64,000 bases of DNA from Gaiellaceae bacterium (lineage in GTDB: Bacteria > Actinomycetota > Thermoleophilia > Gaiellales > Gaiellaceae): positions 32,076 through 96,075 of the forward strand of contig DASRDA010000003.1 of assembly GCA_035652835.1 (NCBI GenBank), in the 5' to 3' direction. The translations under genes and the position numbers were made by a program. The notes below the pieces were generated by a model. It was not told the origin of the DNA and ran no database searches. It saw only the letters and a program-made list of their open reading frames with translations. This document shows, one piece after another, positions 48,402 through 58,830 of this stretch (position 1 is its first letter; the number at the start of each line of letters is the position of its first letter).

Positions 48402-48740
48402 ATGCGCCCGATGACGCGGACGAACGACCCGCCGGTGCTGATCCTGACGAGCCTCGCTGACGGTCCGAAGCACGGCTACGCGCTGCAGCAGGACATCGAG
48501 GCGTTCGCCGGCGTGCAGCTCGGCCCCGGCACGCTCTACGGAGCCATCGCACGGCTCGAGGAGCGCGGCCTCATCGAGCCGGCGGGCCCGTCCGGGCGGC
48601 GGCGGCCGTACCGTCTCACGACCGCCGGCCGCGAGGCGCTCGCCGACGCGCTCGCCGAGCTGCGCACGATCGTCGACGAGGGCACGGCGCGGCTCGCCGT
48701 GCGGCGGCACCGCGTCGCTGCGTCGGGCGGCCTGGCATGA
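48402..48740 (+). CDS. PadR family transcriptional regulator
   Basis: Winged-HTH pattern ILTSLADGPKHGYALQQDIEAFAGVQLGPGTLYGAIARLEERGLIE. Confidence 0.88.
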   Translation: MRPMTRTNDPPVLILTSLADGPKHGYALQQDIEAFAGVQLGPGTLYGAIARLEERGLIEPAGPSGRRRPYRLTTAGREALADALAELRTIVDEGTARLAVRRHRVAASGGLA

Positions 48741-49627
48741 GCAGCGAGCGGACGAGCAGGCTCCTGCTCCGCCTCTACCCGGCGCCGTGGCGCGCGCGGT
48801 ACGGCGAGGAGCTCGCCGCGCTGATCGTCGAGACCTCTGCCGGAAGGGTGCCGTGGCGCACGAGGGTCGACGTCGCGCTCGGCGCGCTGCGCGAGCGGTT
48901 GCGTGCGGCGGCGGGCGGGGGCGCGGCCCCCGAACGCGCGCGCGGCGGGGCGCTGCTCGTGCTCGCGGCGTGGGCGCTCTTCGTCGTCGGCGGGTCCGGC
49001 GTGCAGAAGGTGTCGGAGCACTGGCAGGCGGCGACGCCGGTCGGGAGCCGCGGCGTGCCGGCCGCCGCCTTCGACGTGCTCGTGGTCGCGGCCGCGGCCG
49101 GCAGCGCGCTCGTGCTGGCGGGCATCGGCGCCGCGCTGCCGAGCCTGCTCGCGTTCCTGCGCGCCGGCGGCTGGGCGTCGATCCGCCGTCGCATCCTCGT
49201 CGCGGGGGCGCTCACCGCGTTGCTCGTGCCCGCGACCGCCGGGCTCGCGGCGTGGGCCCACACGCTGAACGTGCAGCAGCGGAACGGCCACGACCTCTTC
49301 TACGGCGGGATCTTCCTCGCCTGGGTGCTGCTGGCCGTGTGCTGCCTCGCCGCGTGGACGGCGGCGGCGACGGGAACGGCGCGCAGGCTCGACCTGCCGC
49401 CGGGGGTTCTCCGGCTCGAGGCGTGGCTCGCCGGGGCGGTCGCGCTCGCGATGGTCGTGATGACCTCCGCGACCGCGGTCTGGTGGGGCGCGGTCGCCGA
49501 GGCCGCGCCGGGATTCTTCGGCGCCGCCCCGTTCACGCCGCAGCTCGTCGTGGCGGTCGCGTTCATGCTCGCGGCCTCGAGCGCGGGCGTCGCCGGCGCC
49601 GTCCGCGCGCGGCGCGCGCTCGGCTGA
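48737..49627 (+). CDS. membrane protein, PadR-associated
   Basis: ATGA overlap with padR. N-terminal LLLRLYPAPWRARYGEE motif and four or more TM helices. Confidence 0.6.
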   Translation: MSSERTSRLLLRLYPAPWRARYGEELAALIVETSAGRVPWRTRVDVALGALRERLRAAAGGGAAPERARGGALLVLAAWALFVVGGSGVQKVSEHWQAATPVGSRGVPAAAFDVLVVAAAAGSALVLAGIGAALPSLLAFLRAGGWASIRRRILVAGALTALLVPATAGLAAWAHTLNVQQRNGHDLFYGGIFLAWVLLAVCCLAAWTAAATGTARRLDLPPGVLRLEAWLAGAVALAMVVMTSATAVWWGAVAEAAPGFFGAAPFTPQLVVAVAFMLAASSAGVAGAVRARRALG

Positions 49628-49644
49628 TCCCGCGGCGCACGGGT

Positions 49645-49666
49645 GTCCGACACCACGGTGTCGGAC
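49645..49666 (+). terminator. hairpin GTCCGACACC-AC-GGTGTCGGAC after the membrane protein gene
   Basis: 10-bp arms lie 18 nt after the stop at 49627. It could alternatively be an operator for the downstream MFS gene. Confidence 0.4.
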
Positions 49667-49748
49667 GCCTCCTTCAGGGCGTCGTCGCCGGCCGATGAGT
49701 TCTCGCCCCCTGTCCCGTCAGTAGGGTGCAAGCGATCGAAAGGACTCC

Positions 49749-51185
49749 ATGACCGGCCTCAGCACTCGCACCCGCTGGCTCGCCCTCGTGATCCTCTGCG
49801 TCGGCGACCTGATGATCGTCGTCGACACGACGGTCGTGAACGTCGCGCTGCCGTCGATCCGCAACAGCCTCGGCTTCTCCCAGACGTCGCTGGCGTGGGT
49901 CGTGAACGCGTACATGCTCACGTTCGGCGGGTTCCTGCTGCTCGCGGGCCGGCTCGGCGATCTGTTCGGTCACCGGCGGTTGTTCCTGAGCGGCATCGCC
50001 GCGTTCACCACCGCCTCGCTCGTGTGCGGCGTGTCGACGACGAAGGGGATGCTGATCGCGGCGCGCGCGGTGCAGGGGCTCGGCGGCGCCGTCGTCTCGG
50101 CGGTCGCGTTCTCGCTGATCGTCGTGCTGTTCACCGAGCCGTCGGAGCGTGCGAAGGCGATGGGCGTGTTCGGCTTCGTGATGTCGGGCGGCGGCAGCAT
50201 CGGGGTGCTGGCGGGCGGCGTCCTCACCGACCTCGTCGGCTGGCACTGGATCTTCCTCGTCAACCTGCCGATCGGCATCGCGGTGCTGGCCGCCGGCCTG
50301 CCGCTGCTGCCGGCGGTGCACACGGGCGGCGAGCGGCGGCGCCTCGACGTGGCGGGCGCGGTCGCGATCACGGGCGCGCTCGTGCTCGCGGTGTACGCGA
50401 TCGTGAACGGCAACCAGTCGGGGTGGACCAGCGCGCAGACGCTCGGCCTCCTCGGCGCGGCCGTGGCCGTCGCGATCTCGTTCGTCGCCTGGGAGGCGCG
50501 GATCGCCTCGCCGCTCGTCCCCTTGAGCATCTTCCGCCATCGCAACCTCAGCGTCGCGAACGTCGTCGGCGTCCTCTGGGCCGCCTCGATGTTCGCGCTC
50601 TTCTTCCTGTCGGCGCTGTACCTGCAGCTCGTGCTGCACTACAGCCCGCTCGACGTCGGCCTCGCCTTCCTGCCCGGGAACCTGATCATGATGGCGTTCT
50701 CGCTCGGGCTGTCCGCGAAGCTCGTGATGCGGTTCGGGTTCCGCAAGCCGCTCGCGTTCGGCCTCCTGGTCGCCGCCGCCGCGCTGCTGTGGTTCGCGCG
50801 CGCGCCCGTGCACGGCTCGTTCGTCGTCGACATCCTGCCGAGCATGATCCTGATCGGGATCGGCGGCGGGCTCGCGTTCAACCCGGTGCTGATGGCCGCG
50901 ATGAGCGACGTCGAGCCGCAGGACGCCGGGCTCGCGTCGGGCGTCGCGAACACCGCGTTCATGATGGGCGGGGCGCTCGGCCTCGCGGTGCTCGCGAGCC
51001 TCGCGTCGTCGCGGACGCACCACCTCTCGGCGGCGGGCCACGGGTCGCTCGACGCGCTCACCGGCGGCTACCACGCGGCCTTCGCGCTCGGGGCCGTGCT
51101 CGCCGTCGCGGCCGCGACGATCGGCGGGACGTTCCTGCGCACGCGCACGACGGCGGCCGGAGCTCCCGCCCTCGAGGGCGCGTGA
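49749..51185 (+). CDS. MFS transporter, DHA2 (EmrB/QacA) 14-TM drug:H+ antiporter family
   Basis: 478 aa, 14 TM helices, N-terminal VILCVGDLMIVVDTTVVNVALPSI and motif LGRLGDLFGHRR. Confidence 0.88.
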   Translation: MTGLSTRTRWLALVILCVGDLMIVVDTTVVNVALPSIRNSLGFSQTSLAWVVNAYMLTFGGFLLLAGRLGDLFGHRRLFLSGIAAFTTASLVCGVSTTKGMLIAARAVQGLGGAVVSAVAFSLIVVLFTEPSERAKAMGVFGFVMSGGGSIGVLAGGVLTDLVGWHWIFLVNLPIGIAVLAAGLPLLPAVHTGGERRRLDVAGAVAITGALVLAVYAIVNGNQSGWTSAQTLGLLGAAVAVAISFVAWEARIASPLVPLSIFRHRNLSVANVVGVLWAASMFALFFLSALYLQLVLHYSPLDVGLAFLPGNLIMMAFSLGLSAKLVMRFGFRKPLAFGLLVAAAALLWFARAPVHGSFVVDILPSMILIGIGGGLAFNPVLMAAMSDVEPQDAGLASGVANTAFMMGGALGLAVLASLASSRTHHLSAAGHGSLDALTGGYHAAFALGAVLAVAAATIGGTFLRTRTTAAGAPALEGA

Positions 51186-51189
51186 GCGG

Positions 51190-53850
<2,661 letters not shown>

Positions 53851-53916
53851 CCTCCGCCCGGCCGTGGCCGGCCGCGTGCCCCGATCGGGGGACCGCCGCG
53901 CGCGGCCCGGCGGCGC

Positions 53917-54414
53917 TCAGTCGTCGAGCTGCGGGTGGACGATCAGCACGTCGCAGCGCGCACGGCGCGCCACGCCCTGGCTGACGCTGCCCGCGAGCAG
54001 CCGGTCGAGCAGGCCCGGCTCGCGCGTGCCGACGACGATCAGGTCCGCGTTGCGGCGCTCGGCGACGTCGACGATCTCGGCGGCGGGATCGCCGACCACG
54101 CCGTCGAACTCGTGCGCGATGCCGGTGTCGGCGAAGAACGACTCGACCCGGCCGCGGTGCTGCTGCCACATGGCCTCGTCGACGCGAAGCTCGTTCTCCG
54201 GCGTCGTGGTCAGGTACGGCGTGAGCCCGAACGCGCCCGGCATCGCCTCGACCGGCGCGGGGGCGGCCACGTCCGCGACGATCACCGTCGACCCGAACGC
54301 GCGCGCGAGCTCGGCGGCCCGTGCGAGCGCCCGCTCCGCGGGACTCGTCCCGTCGTAGCCGACGACGATCGTCCGCAGCCCGCCCGCCGGCGGCTGCGAT
54401 CCGGTGCTCGTCAT
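53917..54414 (-). CDS. universal stress protein (UspA family)
   Basis: ATG 54414 preceded by GGGAGG. IVVGYDGT ... DLIVVGTREPG ... GSVSQGVARRARCDVLIV. Confidence 0.85.
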   Translation of the reverse strand: MTSTGSQPPAGGLRTIVVGYDGTSPAERALARAAELARAFGSTVIVADVAAPAPVEAMPGAFGLTPYLTTTPENELRVDEAMWQQHRGRVESFFADTGIAHEFDGVVGDPAAEIVDVAERRNADLIVVGTREPGLLDRLLAGSVSQGVARRARCDVLIVHPQLDD

Positions 54415-54427
54415 GCATCCACCTCCC

Positions 54428-55177
54428 TCACAGGTGCCGGCCGGCGAAGTCGCGCATCGCGGCCTCGTCGGCAAACGTCACGACGGCGCCGTCGGCGCCC
54501 GCGTCCAGCATCGCGTCGACCTGGTCGGCCGACGTGCGCGGCACGACTCGCAGGTCGGGATGCCGCTCCTTCACCTGCCGCACGTGCTCGGCGTCGGACC
54601 CGCGCGACGGATGCCAGGCGTCGCCGAGCTCGCGTGCGCGGCGGATCGCGCGGTCGGAGCTCCCGCCGATCCAGATCTCCGGCGGAGGCGACGGATGCGG
54701 CTCGGCGGTCGCGTCGCGGTACGACCAGAGGCGGCCCTCGAACGAGGGCTCGCCGCTCCAGAGCGCGCGCATCAGCCGGATCTCCTCGTCGGCGCGCGCG
54801 CCGCGCCCTTCGAACGGCACGCCCATGAAGTCGAACTCGTCGCGGTGCCAGCCGATGCCGATGCCGAGCGTCACCCGGCCGCCGGACAGCTCGTGCAGCG
54901 TGGCGACCTCCTTCGCCAGCCGGAACGGGTTGTGCAGCGGCGCGAGCACGATCGAGGTGCCGAGGCCGACGCGCTCGGTCCAGCCGGCGATCCAGCCGAG
55001 CGTGACGAGCGGGTCGTACACCCGCCCGTACGGGTCGACGCCCTCCGGCCCCACGACGATGTGCTCGGTCGCCCAGACGGAGTGGAAGCCGAGCTCCTCG
55101 GCCGTCTCCGCCGTCGCCCGGATGCGCGCCGGCGACGAGTCGCGTCCGAAGTTCGGCAGGATCACGCCGAAGTGCAC
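54428..55177 (-). CDS. luciferase-like monooxygenase (LLM) family oxidoreductase, probably F420-dependent
   Basis: FGVILPNFG ... ELGFHSVWATEHI ... LGIGIGW are typical of the LLM class. GTG start. Confidence 0.85.
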   Translation of the reverse strand: MHFGVILPNFGRDSSPARIRATAETAEELGFHSVWATEHIVVGPEGVDPYGRVYDPLVTLGWIAGWTERVGLGTSIVLAPLHNPFRLAKEVATLHELSGGRVTLGIGIGWHRDEFDFMGVPFEGRGARADEEIRLMRALWSGEPSFEGRLWSYRDATAEPHPSPPPEIWIGGSSDRAIRRARELGDAWHPSRGSDAEHVRQVKERHPDLRVVPRTSADQVDAMLDAGADGAVVTFADEAAMRDFAGRHL

Positions 55178-55570
55178 GAGCCGAGACTAGCGGCGGAGCG
55201 CGTGGCGAGGCTGGCGACGATCGACCCCGACGGGCGGCCGCACCTCGTCCCGATCGTCTTCGCGGTCGACGGCGACACGCTCTACTCCGCGGTCGACCGC
55301 AAGCCGAAGCGGTCGCGCACGCTGCGCCGCATCGAGAACGCGCGGGCGCGGCCCGACGTCACCGTGCTGGTCGACCACTACGACGACGACTGGACGAAGC
55401 TCTGGTGGATTCGCCTGCGCGGTCGTGCGCGCGTGCTCGACGACGGCGCCGAGCGCGAGCGCGCGCTCGAGCTCCTCGCGCTGAAGTACGCGCAGTACCG
55501 CGACGCGCCGCCGGACGGCCCCGTCCTCGCGGTCGACGTCGACGACGCGCGGAGCTGGTCCGGGTCGTAG
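55172..55570 (+). CDS. PPOX-class (pyridoxamine 5'-phosphate oxidase-like) probable F420-dependent enzyme
   Basis: ARLATIDPDGRPHLVPIVFAVDGDTLYSAVD...LWWIRLRGRA. Start uncertain: GTG 55172 overlaps the divergent LLM start by 6 nt, and GTG 55202 is an alternative. Confidence 0.75.
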   Translation: MHEPRLAAERVARLATIDPDGRPHLVPIVFAVDGDTLYSAVDRKPKRSRTLRRIENARARPDVTVLVDHYDDDWTKLWWIRLRGRARVLDDGAERERALELLALKYAQYRDAPPDGPVLAVDVDDARSWSGS

Positions 55571-55576
55571 CGGGAG

Positions 55577-56185
55577 TCAGGCGGCGAGCTGCGCGAATGC
55601 CCGCCGAAAGACGTCGAGCGGCTGCGCGCCCATCACGATCAGGCGGCGGTCGAGCAGGAACGCGGGGATCGCGTTGATGCCGATCGAGAACGCCTGCCGC
55701 GTCGAGCCCTCGACGAGGTCGAGGTAGGCCGACGGATCGGCGATGACGCGCTCGACGCCGTCCGCGTCCAGGCCGACCTCGGCCGCGAGGCGCCGCAGCT
55801 GGTCCGGGTCGCCGATGTCCGTCGCCTCCGACCAGTACGCCTCCATCAGGCGCGCGTGGAACGGCTCGTGCAGTCCCTGCTCGCGCGCGAGCTCCGACAT
55901 CCGCAGCGCGAGCCGCGTGTTCGGCACGACCGCCGGCCGGTCGTACACGAGCCCCGCCTCGGCGAAGCGGTCGCGCAGCGGGTCGTCCTCGCCGGCGCCG
56001 ATCCCGTACCGCCGGTGCAGCTCGGCGAGCGGGATGCCCTCCGGCGGGTACTCCGGGTGGAGGTCGAAGGGGAGCCAGAGGATCTCGGCGTCGAACTCGC
56101 GCCGCGCCTGCTCGGCCGTCACCTGGCCGAGCCGGCAGAACGGTCAGAGGTAGTCGCTCCAGACGACGATCGAGTGAGCCGCCAC
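55577..56185 (-). CDS. DsbA/FrnE-like thiol:disulfide oxidoreductase with an in-frame TGA (56144..56146) at the first Cys of the CxxC motif; candidate selenoprotein or pseudogene
   Basis: The track ORF (start 56122) lacks the active site. Extending the same frame upstream reads GTG-AAHSIVVWSDYL-TGA-PFCRLGQ, which is the DsbA/FrnE N-terminal consensus with TGA in place of Cys. The remainder is intact (202 codons). Confidence 0.55.
56105..56137 (-). other. SECIS-like stem-loop downstream of the in-frame TGA
   Basis: UGCC-G-GCUCGGCC[AGGUGAC]GGCCGAGC-A-GGCG forms 8 bp, a 1x1 mismatch and 4 bp. It starts 7 nt after the UGA, and the loop GGU lies about 21-23 nt after it. Confidence 0.4.
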
Positions 56186-56212
56186 GGCTGCGGTCGATGC
56201 TAGCGCCGCGGC

Positions 56213-56974
56213 TCAGCCGCGCAGATGCTCCGCGAGCCAGCGCAGGACGAACGCGCGGGCGCGAGACGCGCTCGGGTCGCCTTCGACGAGGTCCCAGCCG
56301 TGCGCGCCGCCCGGCAGCAGGAGCAGGTGCTTGTCCGTGCTGCGGGCCGCGGCGAGCACGTGGCGGCTGGTGCTCGCGTCGGCGTACGGGTCGGTGCGGC
56401 TGCCGACGACGAGCAGCGGCAGCGTCAGCCGCGGAAGCGCCGCGTCCGCGTTCGCGAGCTCCGGCTCCCCGGAGAAGTCGACGACCCCCGACGCGAGGCC
56501 GCGCAGCTCGGGGCCCGCCGCGAGCACCGCCGCGCCGCCCAGCGACGCCCCGCCCGCGACGACGCGTCGTGCGCCGAGCCGGCGCAGCTCGCGCACGGCG
56601 CCGACGACGTCGAGGTCGTAGCGGACCGACGCGTTCGGGCCGAGCCGCGGCGACTGGCCGAGGCCGCGCAGGTCGTACGCGAGCACGCGGTAGCCGGCGC
56701 GGGCGAGCCGGCGCGCGAAGCCGAGCCAGCCGCAGTGGGAGCCGGTCGACTCCGGCGCGAGGACGACGCCGCGCCGGCCGCTGCCGTAGACCGCCCCCGC
56801 GAGCACGACGCCGTCGGCGGCCCGGAACCAGAGCGCGCGGGAGTGCACGGTGCCCTGGCCGCAGACCCGGGTGTCGCTCTGAGGCGGCCTCGCCGGCAGC
56901 CCCTGGGCGGCGCGGGCCGCGCCGTCCGCGGAGGCGATCGCGAGTAGCAGGGCGGCGACCATGGTCAGGCGCAC
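56213..56974 (-). CDS. secreted alpha/beta hydrolase
   Basis: Signal peptide MVAALLLAIASA, nucleophile elbow GASLGG, and a C-terminal His context GGAHGW. GTG start. Confidence 0.8.
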   Translation of the reverse strand: MRLTMVAALLLAIASADGAARAAQGLPARPPQSDTRVCGQGTVHSRALWFRAADGVVLAGAVYGSGRRGVVLAPESTGSHCGWLGFARRLARAGYRVLAYDLRGLGQSPRLGPNASVRYDLDVVGAVRELRRLGARRVVAGGASLGGAAVLAAGPELRGLASGVVDFSGEPELANADAALPRLTLPLLVVGSRTDPYADASTSRHVLAAARSTDKHLLLLPGGAHGWDLVEGDPSASRARAFVLRWLAEHLRG

Positions 56975-56979
56975 GAGCC

Positions 56980-56989
56980 AACTATAGTT
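56980..56989. promoter_or_regulatory. palindrome AACTATAGTT (followed by GTTCCGAAC) in the divergent hydrolase / PadR promoter region
   Basis: AT-rich palindromes occupy most of the 26-bp gap between GTG 56974 (minus strand) and ATG 57001 (plus strand). Confidence 0.35.
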
Positions 56990-57000
56990 CGTTCCGAACC

Positions 57001-57657
57001 ATGACGGAACGGACTAAGAAGGCGGCGCAGAGCGAGCCGCGGCTTCGGCTGACGCTCACGGAGTACGCGATCCTCGGCCTGCTCGTGCACGTCGGCGAGC
57101 CGAGGTCGGGCTACGACCTGCGGAAGCTGGTCGACGAGTCGATCGGGTTCATCTGGCAGCCGTCGAAGACGCAGCTCTACGCGGTGCTCGCGCGCCTCGT
57201 CGGGGCGCGCCTGGCGACCGCCCGCCGTGTCCGGCAGGAGTGGCGCCCCGACAAGACGCTGTACGCGCCGACTGCGGCGGGACGGGCGGCCGTGCGCGCG
57301 TGGCTCGAGCGGGACGAGGACGAGCGCGATCCCGACCGGAGCGTCTTCGTGCTGAAGCTGTTCTTCGGCGCCCAGGCGGAGCCGGGCGGGCTCGACCCGC
57401 AGCTCGCCGCGTTCCGCGACGCGTACGCACGCAGGCTCGCGCTCTACGAGGCGAAGCTCGCGGTGCCGCCCCGGAGGGAGCGCGCCTCGGACGCGTACAC
57501 GCGGCTGACGCTGCGCTACGGGATCGTGCGTGCGCGCGCAGCGGTCGAGTGGGCCGACGCGGCGCTCGCCGAGCTCCGGGCTCAGTCCGCGCCGGGCGCG
57601 AGGGTGAGAGCCGGCTTGCCGCCGCGCATGCCGGGCGCCGGAAGACGCAGCGAGTAG
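57001..57657 (+). CDS. PadR family transcriptional regulator with C-terminal dimerisation domain
   Basis: LTEYAILGLLVHVGEPRSGYDLRKLVDESIGFIWQPSKTQLYAVLARLV. The 3' end overlaps the convergent MFS gene by 76 nt. Confidence 0.85.
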   Translation: MTERTKKAAQSEPRLRLTLTEYAILGLLVHVGEPRSGYDLRKLVDESIGFIWQPSKTQLYAVLARLVGARLATARRVRQEWRPDKTLYAPTAAGRAAVRAWLERDEDERDPDRSVFVLKLFFGAQAEPGGLDPQLAAFRDAYARRLALYEAKLAVPPRRERASDAYTRLTLRYGIVRARAAVEWADAALAELRAQSAPGARVRAGLPPRMPGAGRRSE

Positions 57658-58742
57658 ACGACGCCGAGCGCGGGCGGGAGCGCGGCGATCGTGAGCGCGG
57701 TCTTCAGGTCGACGGCGTCGGCGACGGCGCCGAGCGCGACGGCGGCGATGCCGCCGATCCCCATCGCGAGGCCGACCGACAGGCCGGAGGCGACGCCGAC
57801 GTGCCGGGGCAGGTAGAGCTGGCTGAGCACCATCGTGACGCCGAACGTGCCGACGACGCAGATGCCGACGAGCATGAGCGCGAGCACCCCGGCCACGCCG
57901 CCGAGGTAGACGAAGACCAGCACGGCGGGCGTGATCGCCGCCTGCGTCACGACGAGCGTCCGGCGCAGCCCGATCCGGTCCGCGACGGGCCCGAGCATGA
58001 GCGTTCCCGCCGCCCCGGCGAGCAGCATGATGAAGAGCAGCCGGCTGCCGTCGGCCTTCGAGTGGCCGAGCGAGACGACCCAGAGCGGCACGAACGCGAG
58101 CAGCGCGAACCACGAGATGCTGCGCAGCGCGATCACGATGCCGAGCCGCGTCATCGCGTCGCGCTGGTCCTCTCCCACGGGCGCGTCGTCGGCCGGTGCG
58201 TCCGGCCGAAGCGTCGAGAGGTGCGGCACGAGCCGCGACAGGGCGAGCGCGGTCGCGAAGACCGGCGCCATCGCCGCGAGCCCGCCGACGAGTCCGAGCC
58301 ACGCGACCAGCTGCCCCGTCGCGAAGGCGCCGAGCGCATAGCCCGCGTTGCCGCCGCTGTTGAAGTACGACATGCCGCTGGCGCGCTTCCGCCCGCTCGC
58401 GTACGCCGCGAACTTCGCCCCCTCCGGATGGAAGGCGGCGACGCCGAGCCCGCCGGCGAGCACGAGCAGCAGCACGACGGGATACTCGGGCGAGACGGCC
58501 GCGCCGCCGACGCCGACGGCCGCGAGGAGCGCGCCGCCGGGGACGAGCCAGAGGGCGCCTCGCCGGTCGGACCAGAGGCCGAACACGGGCTGGACGACCG
58601 ACGACGAGACGGTCGCCGCGAGGAGCAGCAGGGCCGAGAGCGCGTAGTTCAGGTGGAAGCGGTCGGTCATGAAGGGGATCAGCGCCGGCACGCTTCCCGA
58701 CGCGAAGTCCACCGCCAGGTGGCCGCCGGCGAGGCTCGCCAT
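57582..58742 (-). CDS. MFS transporter (Fsr-like)
   Basis: ATG 58742 (residue 266 of the track ORF). 386 aa, 12 TM helices, HLAVDFASGSVPALIPF ... FGLWSDRRG. Confidence 0.85.
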   Translation of the reverse strand: MASLAGGHLAVDFASGSVPALIPFMTDRFHLNYALSALLLLAATVSSSVVQPVFGLWSDRRGALWLVPGGALLAAVGVGGAAVSPEYPVVLLLVLAGGLGVAAFHPEGAKFAAYASGRKRASGMSYFNSGGNAGYALGAFATGQLVAWLGLVGGLAAMAPVFATALALSRLVPHLSTLRPDAPADDAPVGEDQRDAMTRLGIVIALRSISWFALLAFVPLWVVSLGHSKADGSRLLFIMLLAGAAGTLMLGPVADRIGLRRTLVVTQAAITPAVLVFVYLGGVAGVLALMLVGICVVGTFGVTMVLSQLYLPRHVGVASGLSVGLAMGIGGIAAVALGAVADAVDLKTALTIAALPPALGVVYSLRLPAPGMRGGKPALTLAPGAD

Positions 58743-58830
58743 TGCCTTGCGGTCGATGTGCGCGCCCACCGCGTCCGATGCTAGCGACGCGCCTCTGGTA
58801 CGGGCGCCCGCCACGTAGGCTGACGCGCGC

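Noticed and set aside
55577-56122. Treating the 181-aa track ORF as the complete DsbA-like gene
   Set aside because: It would lack the entire CxxC active-site strand. The upstream in-frame sequence encodes exactly that strand, interrupted only by TGA. The gene is therefore either recoded (Sec) or a pseudogene, not a complete 181-aa protein.
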